Source: Eledone cirrhosa
Taxonomy: Eukaryota
Reading direction: 5' to 3'
Length of the DNA stretch: 64,000 nt
Assembly: GCA_964016885.1 (NCBI GenBank)
Contig: OZ024740.1
Span: forward strand, 258,230,001 to 258,294,000
Under the pieces are notes generated by a model, which was not told the DNA's origin, searched no databases, and was given only the letters and a program-made list of their open reading frames with translations. The translations under genes and the position numbers were made by a program. Of this stretch, positions 13,036 to 26,534 are shown piece by piece; positions within the stretch are counted from its first letter, which is position 1; the number at the start of each line of letters is the position of its first letter.

Positions 13036-13068
<33 letters not shown>

Positions 13069-13070
<2 letters not shown>

Positions 13071-13295
13071 GGGCGGTGGATTGACAGTATTGGTATAGCG
13101 CCGGACAACATGTTTCATGGTATTTAGGTACAGCCCTTTACATTCTAAATTCAAATTCCGCGGAAGTTAGCTTTGCCTTTCATCCTGATGTGGTTGATAA
13201 ATAAAGTACCAGTAATGCACTGAGATCTATTTAATCTATTTTACCCTCCCCTTCAAATTGCTGGCCTCGTGCCTAAATTAAAAACCATTATTATT
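13069..13295 (+). mobile_element. Full-length Meta-domain SINE
   Basis: gggcggtggattgacagtattgg head through ATT tail. Confidence 0.88.
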
Positions 13296-13789
13296 ATTCT
13301 AACAATATTTCAAAAACGGGAAAAAAGTGGGGTAAAGTAAAACGAAGGGAATTGTCAAAAAAGATAAGAATAGAAAAGTTTAAAATGAAATGAAAAACAA
13401 GGAGGAAAGCTCTTGAAAAATCATATTAAATGGGGTCGAAGGTGTGATAGATAAGATAAAACAGTGACATATTCCATGTCATATTATCTACAGAAAGGGT
13501 ATTTATTTACACGTTAGTATCTATTAAATCTATATTTTTGTATTTGTCTCACGCTCTGCTGACATCTGTTTCAGTTACCAGCATCATCAACATCACCACT
13601 CCACTATTTCCACTACCAACACCATTACCAGCAACACCAACACTACCACGATCAACACAACCAACCCCACCACCAATATCACTACCATCACAATAGCCAT
13701 CACCTTCACCATAGACACTATCACCACCACTACCACCACCACCTCCATCATCAAGCCTACCACCACCACCGCCATCGACAAATCACCAA

Positions 13790-16700
13790 CTGCATCACCA
13801 TTGCCGTCTCGTAGAGGGCAATGAGCGTTTGGCAACAATCCAAATGCCAGGCGCCCAGTCTCAGTCTCTTCTTGATATAGGACTGCAGCTCAGTCAAAGA
13901 GATGAGTTGCGGAAAGGCCTGTCACAGAAATGGCGACCACACCTGTTATCCGTTTAGAGAGAATATGTTGAGGGGCTGCTGCATCAGCGCATGTTAGCGC
14001 ATTATTAGTCACGGCATACCCACCCCTCCCCTTAGGATGTGCTTGTAGCAAATGAACCTATTCACCAACGGAACCTGTCCACTCAACTAGAAGTTGAAGA
14101 GGAGCCGTGCCAATTTCGCAAAGCATGATGGTCAGCCGGTAGTAGATGACATACGTGAGGTACACATTCACCCCCTCCACCCGACCTATCAGGGACTGCT
14201 TCCTCTCGGCCAATTTCTGACTGAGAGTGGATACTGTGTTCGTAACCTCATCCCATCTCTTATGCACCTGGAGGTCTGGTCGGTACCAAACCCCAAGCAA
14301 ATTTATCAGTCCGTCTGTCATGCGCCCGATGACGCTTTTGGACGCACGGACTTGAATTTGCAGGCCCACCGACTTTTCAGGGTTTAGTTTCGCCCCTTCA
14401 CCCTTACATATTCCTCCATGAGGGTGCCAACCACCTTGATTTCCGAGATGGACGACACCATCACGGTGACCTCATCCGTATATGCCGACACAGCCTTTCC
14501 AGGTCCCGGTTCGAACGGTATTCCCCGCAACTTCCCCAACTTCCGCAGTAAAGGCCTGAGAGGCAATAAGCACAGTAGGAAGGAGAGAGGGCACCCCTGA
14601 TGGACTGATCGGGAGATCTGAAACATGCCACTGTGTATTGCAGCAATCCAGCCTCTGAAGACGGGACCGCAACCAGCTGCCTTGAGGACAGCCACCAAGT
14701 ACCGATGTTGGACCTTATAGAAAGCTTTCGATTTATCTAACTACCGAAGCGAGTTCTTTTTCTCGTCCTTGCATATCAGTTTCACTATGCCCCAGCTCAC
14801 ATAACTGGGAATACTCCTATTCTGCTGCCATTTGCATACAGTGCGTCGAGGAGATTGGAGAACAAGTCTGGCATGTCTACGTAAAGTTCATAAGGCAGAA
14901 TATTTAAACCTCGTACAGCTGACTAGGGCATTCTGAATCTCGGCTGAAGTTATCGCACTTTCGCAGCGCTCAGAAAGAGACACGGTATGCCGTCGAGGTA
15001 GGGATTGACGTCTGCTAGCGTCTCCAGCTCCCCGCTCAACAGCCGAGCAAAGTGCTTGCGAAACGCCTCACACATCTGCCTGGAATCGTTCAGTTCACGT
15101 TCATTTCGGTCCGTCAAAGACCAAATTGCGGTTTTGCTATCACGTCGGGCCACTGTCAGCAGGCCCATTGAACAGCTTTTGTTCACTCGTCTGGTAGAGC
15201 CTGTACCTAGTTCTGACAATACAACATTCGTGTTTCACAATGAAGAAATGTTCTAATGCAACTCTTGACGCAAACAGTCAGTTGGAATGCCATTACCAAT
15301 AGATTCGTCTAATTTAGTTACCAGCTTCCCATTCTTCCTATTTTTATCTAACGCTACTTCTTTGCAAAAACCTATCTAAGTTACTCTAATCACTCTTTTG
15401 AGAGTCCCCCACCCCGTTGAGTGCATCCCGTTTGGTTAACAAAATTGTTGGCCCCCGTTCCTGTAAGCCTTAGGAGCCGGAAACGGAATGTTCAGATTCC
15501 ATTAACCCTGTCTTATCTAGTTTGACTATACATGTCACAAACTTGTAATCTGACTAACTGACCGTTTGAAATTATAGACATCCTATACTATTCTTATCTA
15601 CTGACCAAATAAAGAACCTATCTCTTTGGGATCGAGATGACCCCATGCGTTTGGTCCTGATCTGAACTGGCGCATTAGGGAAATATAGTCGGTACTTGAC
15701 AGACAGTTGCAACTGGCTGATGCGGTACTAGAGGTATTTGCACTCCCCACTCCAATCAGCTACTCTCACACAATCCCAGTGTGCCTCTAAGATTCCGTTC
15801 CAGCCCCTCGTTAACAGTATAGGGTAAGACATTCCCAGAAAGGCTTCCAGATGCCTAAAGAAGTCCAGCTGCCCAGCCCCGGTCGGCTACTAATCAAAAG
15901 GCAGTAACTTCACTTTCGGGACCACAAATTTACCGCCAGGTCCTAAACAGCACTGCCACACCACCTCTCATTCCCGGCTGACTAAGAGATGTGAAGATCT
16001 GATCGTCGTCGAAAATGGGGCCTACTGCGCACGTGTCCGAAATGTTGGTCTCGCTGACGGCAATCACATACATATTTAGTGAACTGAGGTCGTTCAGCAG
16101 GTGACCCTGCTTCCAGGAAGATCCCAGGCCACGATCCTTTTAACACCCTAGGATGGTTATTTTGGCAGGCTAAAGGACAGAGGAAAGGTTTACTTAGCTC
16201 CCGTGGGATTGTGGCTGTCGGATGTTTCGACCTCCATTGTTCGTGGGGTTTCCTTTGGGAACCCCTTTAAAAGTCTTGATGTGGGTTTCATATTCGGACT
16301 TCCCATGTGTCGAGGAAAGCTCTTCCTAATCTCTTTGTATGTAACCGAGTGACATACGTACCATCGTTAGGTCCTCACGTACGTGAAAAGCGCTGATACC
16401 GAATATTTCCTCTTCCTTTTCTATGTCTTTCCTTTGTGCTATCAGGGCCATAAGATCCTTGTTGGCCCTTCTTAATAGCACGAATTTGAGTGTTTTGTTT
16501 TGTTCTTATGTTTCTTGTGGTTGTTTGCATTTCGGGGAATGTAGTGGAGGTGGTGGTTGTGGTGGTGTTGGTGTTGTAAAAATGTTTTGTTTGTTGTGTT
16601 TTGTCTGCATTTTCTGTTGTGTGTGTTTGTGATATGTGGTGTTTTTTATGTGCCTTCTTTTTTTATGATATGCCTCGTCTTCGCGACTGGATGACGAGGT

Positions 16701-17560
16701 ATCTGTGTCTGTAAGTGAGTCTGTATGTGTGTGTGTGTGTGTTTGTGGTTGTACCAATGTGTGTATTTTGAGGGGAGAGGAATGATAGAGATTTCCTCGT
16801 TTTCCCCCTGTGTGACCAAATTTGGTGGAGGCGTTTCCGTTGGGGTTGGTGCTGCTGATGTGGCTGATGCTTGCTAGGGTTAGTAAGCCTCCACGACTTA
16901 CGACCACTAGCATTTTTGAGCTGAGGGCAGACGGCTGGCAAATGCGTTCTTTCGCCAGAGTCGAAAGAGTGCGGCCTTTGCCCTCGGTCAATACCTGCTG
17001 AGCTGTCCCGTTTTGAAGACCGATGTGGTCCATGGCTTTCTTGCTTTGGTCACATTGTTGTAGGTGAGACTGTTGTCGGTGTTGTCGTTGTTGTTCTCAT
17101 TTTTCTTTATGCTGTTCTTTTCGTTGGTATTGTTGTTAATCGTTCTGCTGTTCTTCTTGGTGCAATTGGTGTTGCTGTTGTTGTCGCTGTTTCCATGACG
17201 TGTTTTGTTGTTGCTGGTGTTGTCGCTGTTCATGTAGTTGGTGGTGGCGTTTTTATAATTTCGTTGATATTTTTGTTGCCATTGTCTCTGTTTTTTTTTC
17301 ATTTTTTGGGGTGTTGATCCTGTTGTTCGTATTGCTGACAATACTGCCTAAATGTGTTCTAGGGGTGATGTTACTTAGTTCAACGTCTGCTCTACGACAG
17401 CAAGACTCAGAGTTGGGTGCCGTGACTGTCATTCTTTTTTTTTTTCGAAAAACATTTTTTAAAACAAAATTTAAATATTTGGGCCAACCCCCCTTCAAAA
17501 ATTGAAAATTTATCACTTTGCGGAACTTAAATAAACACGTCTTCACTGTCTGACAGCCAA
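13790..17560 (-). mobile_element. Decayed Tx1-like LINE (5' UTR, ORF1, APE endonuclease, RT fragments)
   Basis: Endonuclease N-terminus homologous to 1045-1290 at ~15930-16160; QGCPLSFLL and SAYTDEVTV RT motifs; Asn/Gln-rich ORF1 pieces. Confidence 0.8.
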
Positions 17561-17569
17561 TTATAGTGA

Positions 17570-17735
17570 TAATTGTTTCTGGTTTATGCGCAAGGCAAAC
17601 AATTATTAATTCGACCCAAGTGCGTTACTGGTACTTTATTTTTTTCAAACCCTTAAAGATGAAAGACAAAGCTAACTTCGGTTGAATTTGAACATAAAGG
17701 GACGTATCAATATGCCACTTAACATGTACGACACA
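17570..17735 (-). mobile_element. Meta-domain SINE abutting the Tx1 5' end
   Basis: Meta domain; internal deletion variant shared with 60870-61073. Confidence 0.8.
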
Positions 17736-17809
17736 TGTCGTTTACAGCTGACAAAATGTAAAGTGTTGAATGACCTAAGTGATAGAATAGATAAACATAG
17801 ATGACAGTA

Positions 17810-18120
17810 TGACGAGGGAGGGAGGAGTGGGATGTGGAGGGTGGAGTGGGGTATGGAGGGTGGAGTGGGGTCTGGAGGGTGGAGTAGAGAGTAGAGTGCA
17901 GGGTGGAATGGAGGGGTGAATGGAAGGTGGAGGGATGTGTGAAAAATAGAGTGAAAGGTTGAGTAGAGATGAAGTGTGGAATAGTGTAGGGAGGAGTGAG
18001 GAGGGTGTATTAGGGGTGTTGTATTGTGTAGAATAGCGTGTTTGTTTGAGTGAAGAGTGTCGTGTAGCATAGAGTGTAGGTTGGAGTGAGCGTGGAATAG
18101 TTTAAGGTGAAGGATGGGAG
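17810..18120. repeat. Purine-rich (GGAGT/GTGGA)-like low-complexity tract
   Basis: Direct reading. Confidence 0.7.
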
Positions 18121-18214
18121 ATTTCAAAGTTTTCTTTCCAATCAAACGCAGATGTTTAATCGATTAGTTGAATTGGTTTGCTTAAAATATGCTGTGCGGT
18201 TGATCAGAGAAATC

Positions 18215-18560
18215 ACGGAATGGTGGTAGGTGGGTCTATACAGATAGTGAGAGACAAGGGTTTCCATGAAGGTGCTGGGGACGTCGATCTAGATACAGTC
18301 ATAGGTTTACATGTTGGTGGTTGAAGGGGGGGGGGTCTGTATAGATACAGTAATAGAAAGACCGTCCATGATAGCTGGCCTGTATAGAGAGACTGTTTTT
18401 TTTTAAATCGAGGTGGAGGATGTCTCTCTATATATATAGTCAGAGAGAGAGGGGTTTCCATGAAGGTGCAGGGGGTCAATATCGATACAGTCACATACAG
18501 ATGCTTCCATAGTGGTGATGGAGAGGGTCTATATAGATACAGTTACAGAGACACAGGTTT
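18215..18560. repeat. Degenerate ~50-65-bp tandem repeat (gggtctatatagatacagt...gggtttccatga)
   Basis: Motif recurs about six times. Confidence 0.65.
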
Positions 18561-19055
18561 CTGTGTTGGTTGAGCTCTGGTGTATTATTCGGAATGAGGA
18601 GGGCAACAGCTGCACAGCGTTCAAATATACCACTGATGATGGTGATGGTAATGGTTGTGGTGATCACCGTCATTGTGTTGTTGTTGTTGTTGGTGTCGTT
18701 GTCGTTGTTGTTGTTGTGGTGGTGGTAGTAGTGGTGGTAGTAGTGGTGGTGGTATTGGTGGTGGGTATGGGGATCGTCATGCCGTGTTTTATTGTTGGTT
18801 GTTGTCGATGTTATTGTTGTTATTGTTGTTGTTATTATTGTTGTTGTTGTTGGTGGTGGTGATGATGATGATGGTGGTAGCGTTTGTGGGGTTAGTGCAA
18901 GTGGCGGTAGCAGGGGTTATAGTGGTGGTGGCCATCATCATCGTATTCGTTGTGGTTCTCTTGCACTTGATTGTTATTGTCGGACCTGTTATATTTTTCT
19001 TGTAAGTGAAAATAGTGGTTGAGAAGATGCTAGTGGTATTGTTCATATTGTTGTC

Positions 19056-19485
19056 ATGGCGGTGGATTGGCAGTATCGGTAGAGCAACGAAACACATTCA
19101 TTTGTGGCATATAGTTACATTGTTTATGTTCAAAGTTCGCCGAGCTAGCTTTGCCTTTCATCCTTACGGGGGTCAATAAAATAAAGTACCAGTCACGCAA
19201 TGGGGTCGATTTAATCGATTTTCCCTTCCCCCAAAAGTGTTGGCCTTGTGCCTAAATCAGAACCCATTATTATCATTATTATGATTGTGTACAATAATTG
19301 TTTCTACTTTAGGCACAAGGCCAGCAATTACCCAGTGCATTACTGGTACTTTATTTTATCGACCCCGTAAGGATGAAAGGTAAAGTCAACTTCGGCGGGA
19401 TTTGAACTCAGATCGTAAAGGGACGTAACTATGCTGGAAAGCATGGCGTCCGACCCTCTACCGATACTGCCAATCCACCGCCCTA
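19056..19485. mobile_element. Tail-to-tail Meta SINEs (19056-19272 plus; 19299-19485 minus, full length with TSD tgtgtacaataat)
   Basis: TSD at 19286-19298 and 19486-19498. Confidence 0.92.
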
Positions 19486-20194
19486 TGTGTACAATAATGA
19501 TGAAGTATTAGTATTGCTGGTATTGTTAATGTTGTTGTTGTGGATCCCCTGCTCCTATACTGTAGTGGGTATTGTAGAGCAGTTGTTAGTATTGTTGAAA
19601 TAATTGACGAGTGGTAAATGTGGGTTGTTGGGGAGGCTGGTGCAAATAATGATGCACCATAATTTATTTCATTGTTTATTTAACATCCTGACTCATATTA
19701 CACAACTTCACGCAAACATACGCACATACCTACACCCTCATATATGTATGTTTATATGTACACCCACACAGAAAGACACATATATAAATATATTTGAGTG
19801 TGTATGTGCATGTGTGCGTGTATAGGTGTGTGTACATGTATATGTGTCTGTATCTGTGTATGTATAAATGTCCCGTCGCTACTTCTCTACATTCAAAATA
19901 AGGCGACATTTTATATATAAAAAAAAAACAATAACACACGTAACACATAATACACAACATGGTTAAGCAAATATATTCATAGACAAGCTTAAATAAATAT
20001 TTTTAATTGAAGTGACATTCCATGATAAATGTATATATTTGTAGACGAAGCAAACAGCAATGATACAATATTACAGCCAACGCTAAATTCGATCTTTACA
20101 CCAGTTTACACAGATCGATTTGAAGATAGATTTATTACATGCCAACATAAGGTTATATAATATCAATGGATGTTACCAGACTTTATGGATATTA

Positions 20195-21720
20195 CATAGA
20201 CTTTACCAGTGAGGCTTAACAGGAAGATCCCTCTGTAATTGGAACAATCTCTCTTGTCTCTCTTTTTTGAAAATTGGGATTGTCACTCAATATGCTGTCT
20301 GGCAAAGAGATGCAGGGAGATTATCAAGTCCAAGATGAACAATGTTATTTTCGCTCCGGACGCAGCACAGACGACCAAATATTCACACTGCAGCAGGTCT
20401 TCGAGAAATCCTGGGAGTATTTCCAAGAGGTATAGTCTTCTTTTGTAGACATTTGACTGCATTTATCGGGACCTGTTGCGGAAGTTTCTGCATGAGTATG
20501 GGATCGATGTTCAGATTCCTGCTGTCATGAAGCCTCTATACGAATACCTGAGTATTTGTTTCGGAAAAATGGGGCTAAATGGAAACCATTGAATATGGGA
20601 GTCGGACTCAGTGAACAGTTCAAACTGTCCCCTCTCCTGCTCATTATTTTCATGCCATGCTTTCTAGCATAGTTACGTCCCTTTACAGTGTGAGTTCAAA
20701 TCCCGCCGAGGTTAACTTTGCCTTTCATCCTTACAGGGTCGATATAATAAAGTACCAGTAATACACTGGGTAATTGCTGGCCTTGTGCCTAAAGTAGAAA
20801 CCATTATTTTCATGAACAGATTTGACATGCGCAGCCGGGTGGAAGTGCTATGACGACTGGTGGGTGTGAAATAAGTCGGCTGGAATTTACAGATGACATG
20901 GTGTTACTTAACTCGACAGAAGGTGATCTCCGTCATGCACTTGATATGCTTGATGCCGAGTGCTGCATGGCTGGAATGAAAATCAGTGCTGTGAAAACTG
21001 AGACACTCACACTCTCCAGCAAGCCTGCGCAGTGCGCTCGACATGGAGTTCCACTGAAGCAAGTGAAGAGGGCAAGTATCTCGGTGCCGTGTTCACGAGT
21101 GATGAATAGCAAGAGGCTGAATTAAGTGCAAGACTTGCAAGAGCTGGTGCAAAAATGCACCGGCTTCAGCATTCAATAATCAGAAGCAGGAAGGTAGACG
21201 ACATAACAGCCAAACTCGCTATCTTCAATTCGGTATTCGTGCCAGCGCTTAATTATGGTCATGAATCTTGGATAAGGATCGAAAGAATACAATCGCGAAT
21301 ACAAACTGCCGAAATGGGATCCTTCTGAAGGGTCTTTGAAGTAACGTTACTCAATAGAATGCATAGCTCGGAGATCAGAGAGTCGCTCCAGCTAAAGCCG
21401 CTACAACTCCGAATTGAAAGATCACTGCTTCTATACTATAGGTATGTAATTAGAATGTCTTAGGAAAGAATCGCTGGACAGATTTTACGGGCAAAACCAG
21501 CCAGCGGGAGACCCAGGGGTAGACCTCGAGCAAGATGGTTCGATAACATCCATGGTCTTGGCTGGACTTGTTTAGAGACCCATCCAGATCAGCTGGAGGC
21601 GGTTCCTTTTGATAGGACCTGCTGGAAGGAGTTTCTTGAAGACTCTGCCCCTACGACCCTCTCAGGAACAAGTTGGCGGAGAAGAAGAAGAAGAAGAAGA
21701 AGAAGAAGAAGAAGAAGAAG
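20195..21720 (+). mobile_element. RTE-clade LINE 3' part with (GAA)n tail, interrupted by a SINE at 20655-20801 (TSD cattattttcatg)
   Basis: TTDQIFTLQQVFEKSWEY, LEFTDDMVLL, YGHESW, RPRGRPRARW-type motifs. Confidence 0.88.
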
Positions 21721-21882
21721 ATATAATTTTACCACGTGGGAAACATTTGAATTATGTTTTCCATGGGTAGAGACTACAATTTTAATATAACGATATATAT
21801 ATATATATATATATATTTTACTGAAAAAATCGAATAATGTACACCATTTTACCAGGGGGGAAAAAAATACTGGTCCACCCAC

Positions 21883-21913
<31 letters not shown>

Positions 21914-22150
21914 TGTATACACAAACACATACACACGCGTACATCAACATACAAAGAGACTTATACACACACACACACACACACGCACTTCTCCGTATAA
22001 GACAAAAGCTGAAAAATATCTTTTGACCTTCGAATGACTCTGCTGTGTGTATGTACGCACACACACACACACACACTTATCTTAATAGCCATTTGACACA
22101 CATCGCTGGTGGCTATTGTCGCAGCATCGAACACCTTACTACTACTACTA

Positions 22151-22250
<100 letters not shown>

Positions 22251-22276
22251 TTGTTGTGAAAGAGTCATTTCTCAAT

Positions 22277-22512
22277 CTTGGCGCAAAACCAATTTTTTAT
22301 CCACATGACCTCTACCGACCAATCAAAATTGTCTTGACCAATAATTTTTGCTGGAGCCACTTTTCTAACATTTTAACATAAAAACAGTCTTGGCGCTAAA
22401 TCAACTTTTTACATTCACATGACCTCTACCGACCAATCAAAATTGTTTTGACCACAAGCATTTTTGCAACACAAAAATAACGCTGGAGCCATTTTTTTAA
22501 CATAAAAACAGG
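22277..22512. repeat. Tandem duplication of ~112-bp unit (cttggcgc...gacctctaccgaccaatcaaaattg...aacataaaaacag)
   Basis: Two aligned copies. Confidence 0.85.
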
Positions 22513-22727
22513 TAGAATTCCCAAAACTAATCAGATCAGAGCAAACAGCACGGACACTCTATCTCAAAATTATTTTTGAAAAGCATTTAGAAATGCACAA
22601 CCGGTAAAAACTTAAAAACTTAAAACCACAACTGAATACTAACCCATACAATCACTAATACTCTTTTATTCCTAATTAAACCATTTTTCAACTGTGAACA
22701 ATTTGTCAGCATTTTCTATTCCGTTTA

Positions 22728-22787
<60 letters not shown>

Positions 22788-22826
22788 CGAAGACTTAAAC
22801 ACAATTGGTGATCGATACTAATTACT

Positions 22827-22887
22827 CTAATCAATGGTGAAGGTTCAATATTCTCCAATCCTCAGAAACAGCTCTGTCTATGATTGG
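22827..22887 (+). ncRNA. Degenerate hammerhead-like motif
   Basis: tGGTGA agg...cct ca GAA ACAG ct CTGT C; damaged 5' core and stem I. Confidence 0.35.
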
Positions 22888-23163
22888 ATGGTCATTTAAT
22901 GAATTACGTCCATTTAAATAACATAGCCTTTACTTGAGTAATGTTTTTATTTAATACCTAAAGTTGTATTTGTTATATATGTATATATGTATTAAATATT
23001 AGTTGGTGTCTCAACTGATATACGTCTATATATACGTCAATATATCGTTTAAGAAAATATATTATATTATTCATCCTATGAACAGAGTTTATTTGAGTTT
23101 TTTATTACGAAGCATATTCTATACATATATTATATGTTTTGATTAAACCATCGGATTATTCAG

Positions 23164-23273
23164 AGTATTCCGATGATTTGATCAATGACACACACTGTAT
23201 CGACACTGGTCGAGTGACGCAATTTCTAGTTATTTGCGGCCTTTAGACTATTAATGAAACAATTGTTAATACT
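23164..23273 (+). ncRNA. Type I hammerhead-like fold, core CCGATGA, ~80-nt stem II region
   Basis: AGTATT/AATACT stem I; t TTGAT...ATTAA t stem II; GAA ACAATTGT T with palindromic stem III. Confidence 0.55.
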
Positions 23274-23493
23274 GTAAATAAAACCTTTTTGTACAGCCGA
23301 CCTTGTTATTCTTCACTCTTTCACTATTATTAATCCAAGAATCACCTGCATAGGTAATCTCGTAAACTCGCCACCTAACTAAGGATAATTCGTGTTGAGT
23401 CAAACATCGCCGTACATTAAAAGTATCCATAGTATAGAGTACTCACAACCTCTAACTGGATTACCTTAAACGATTCCTTGTTATCCTATATAT

Positions 23494-23539
<46 letters not shown>

Positions 23540-23543
<4 letters not shown>

Positions 23544-23633
23544 CGAAGGAAGTGTGGTAAGGAACCAGGGGGACCATAACGTACCAGAAATAGCAGTCGA
23601 AACGCTTGAGCTCTGCCGCCAGGGTCTTGAACA

Positions 23634-23640
<7 letters not shown>
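23540..23640 (+). mobile_element. PLE-like terminal repeat family Y fragment
   Basis: Homologous to 49511-49715 and 53800-53872. Confidence 0.55.
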
Positions 23641-23729
<89 letters not shown>

Positions 23730-24004
23730 GGAATTCGTGTTCAAATACGAAAACAGCGGATACAACGCATGCGTAAACCAGTACACAACATACAACAAAC
23801 AAAACACCAGATGGTGTAGGACAAAATAAAGGAGAGACACAAAATAACATATTACTCACAGAATCTGTGACGAAAGAGCTTTGACCATAAAGAAACAAAC
23901 ATCCGGTTATTGAACCAACGAACTGGAAACTTGTAATAAATTGATGTGAAAGTCAAGTTGTGCGTGTGTTAATATTGACAGCATGACCCCCGCCCCCAAA
24001 GTGT

Positions 24005-24179
<175 letters not shown>

Positions 24180-24304
24180 TAATAATAAATTTGAAGCCTA
24201 AAATCCAAAGAGGGCTCGATAAGAATAAATATATATCAAATATATAAGAACCGTATCTGTTATTTTAATAAATATATATATATATACATATATATATATA
24301 AATA

Positions 24305-25596
24305 ATAACAAAAATATGAACGAATTGATAAGATCTGAATACATTCGGAGAGTAAGGAGCGTATTAAAGTCACATCTGAACAGTAGGAATGCCATAAGTG
24401 CAGTAAATTCCCGAGCTGTGTCTATTATTAGGTACAGTGCGGGAATTCTGAGATGGAATGTTGCTGAACAAAAAGAAATGGATAGGAAGACTAGGAAGCT
24501 ATTGACTATCTACAACATGTTCCACAAGAGGAGTGATGTCGATAGACTCTACTTAAGGAGATCTGAAGGTGGAAGAGGTCTTATCAGCATAGAGGACTGT
24601 GTTCAGGTGGAGAAAAACAACCTACACAAATACGTGACCGATAGTAAGGAGCCAATGCTCAGAATTGTACTGAAGGAGAGGACAATAGACCAGGGGATGT
24701 CCAAGGAGGAAATAACAACGAGGAGAAAGAGCAACCTTCATGAACAATCCCTTCATAGTACCTTCTTTGAGAAAACTGAATTCAGAGATCCACAGACATG
24801 GAACTGGTTGAGAAGAGGAGACCTTAAAAAGGCTGCAGAAGGAATACTAATAGCTGCGCAAGTGCAGGCCCTCAAAACGAAGTGGCTGAATCAACATATT
24901 TACAAGGAGGATGCTAGTCCACTGTGCAGGATCTGTGGAGAGAGAGAGAGGAGACTGTGGCTCACATTGTATCCGAGTGTAAACACCTAGCCCAGACTCA
25001 CTATAAGAGCTGGAGACATGATGTGATGGGCAGGGTAATCCACTGGCACCTATGCAAAGTAAACAATTTACCACATTCTGAGAAGTGGTATGAGCATAAG
25101 CCAGAGTCGGTGATAGAAAACGATCAGGTGAAGGTGCTGTGGGATTTTAGGATACAGACGGACATGAAACTGGAACACAATTGACCTGACCGGATGGTTT
25201 GGGACACGGAAAAAAGATCGTGCCTGATTGTGGATGTGGCCTGCCCATTGGACACGAGAGTGCAAGAGAAGGAGAGGGAGAAAATTAACCGATACCAGGA
25301 CTTAAAGTGGGAGGTAAAAAGGATTTGGAACAGCCACGAAGTCAAAGTGGTCCCGATTGTCATAGGGGCACTAGGTACAACCTCAAAAAGTTTCCAGGGA
25401 TGGTTAAAGAAAATTGGCCCAGCCACGCTTTTTGGAACGCTTCAAAACGCATGCTTGCTGGGAACAGCAATAACCCTCCGATACGTCCTGAATATCTGAG
25501 GCTGCAGGTAGTGGCTTGATATTCATTTCAACAAACTTTCTAGTTAACTAACATCAATGACTGAGACTCAAAGAACAATAATAATAATAATAATAA
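24305..25596 (+). mobile_element. 5'-truncated Dong-like LINE family B with 3' UTR and (AAT)n tail
   Basis: Highly similar to 5830-6660 and the 9770-11468 units; frameshift in a GA run near 24950. Confidence 0.93.
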
Positions 25597-26530
25597 TTTC
25601 TTTATTGGCCACAAGGGCTGACATCAAGAAAAACATTACAGACGGCACAGGACGGTGCAGGATGGTACGATGTGGGTTTTGTGCGTGTAAATATTTTTAT
25701 TGTTTATATAAGAAAAGAAAAAAAAAGCACATAGAAGCATATATATATATAAACAATTAAAATTAAAATTGAAACAATGAAAAATTCCCCAATAGGGGGG
25801 AAACGTCCGAGGGTTACTCGTGGCGAAAACAACACAAAAGACCACGGCCACACTGACCACCAGAGCAAGCGCCCTCTCTCAATTTTTCCATCTCTCAAAC
25901 TACAGACGTATATTCACTCGGACCATTCTCGCTACATTCACCCACCTTTCAACAAACTTGCTAGAAAGCAGCAGTTGCCTCTCCAGCCTGATTTTCCTCT
26001 GCAAGTGAAACTTGATAAAGTTAATTAGGCATTCGCTGAAGAGGAAAGTGTATGTCTTTAACCCTTTAAACCTTGTCCACCACACAATCTCTTTCGCCAT
26101 GGCCACGAGGCAGATGAAAACCGCCTGCGCTACCTCCTTAAAGGAAGACGGCGAGACCAGTTGCACAATGGGCTCAGTCGATAACCGGATCAGTCCTACC
26201 TGCGACAGCAACTGTTCGACATAGCTCCACAAGTCAACAATGCTCGGGCACTGAACGAATGAGTGCACGTCGGTTTCGTCGCTCTGCGCGCATCTCGAAC
26301 AGGCTCGGCTGACGGCACTTCCATGCCTGTAGAGCTTATCTCGAACCGGCAACACTCCCCGGCAGCACTGCCAGGCCAGGGATTTTTGGAAGTTATCCAT
26401 AGGCCCCGGGCTGAAAGTTCTCCGGAAGAGAGCATACAGTTGATCTTCTTTGACGCCCAGGATCTCTCTGAGAATGTCGTCGCCCTTCCCCTCCACTAGT
26501 CCTCTATAGAACGCCGAGGTGGATGTTCCA
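25597..26530 (-). mobile_element. Tx1-like LINE 3' end
   Basis: LAWQCCRGVLPVRDKL...CSRC...ETDVHSFVQC (zf-RVT); tail shared with the adjacent Dong copy. Confidence 0.9.
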
Positions 26531-26534
26531 AATA

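Larger units (their letters stand above)
9699..13068 (-). mobile_element. Tandem array of 5'-truncated Dong-like LINE 3' ends in (AAT)n: B 9770-10270, B 10310-10683, B 10960-11468, C 11490-12675, B 12675-13007
   Basis: Repeated RLE domain (RPDLVVVD...IVDVACPFD...EKINRYQDL...PIVIGALG), each unit separated by (ATT)n tracts. Confidence 0.92.

Noticed and set aside
9699-13068. Regularly spaced repeats resembling a CRISPR-like or gene array
   Set aside because: Units are LINE 3' ends separated by (ATT)n; no unique spacers or cas genes; eukaryotic context.
11630-13111. 493-aa ORF as a functional host CDS
   Set aside because: Start lies in an antisense SINE head followed by poly-Ile microsatellite; the body is a LINE chimera lacking the RT core.
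19299-19485. tRNA genes suggested by A and B boxes
   Set aside because: SINE heads: no full cloverleaf, followed by the Meta domain and flanked by TSDs.
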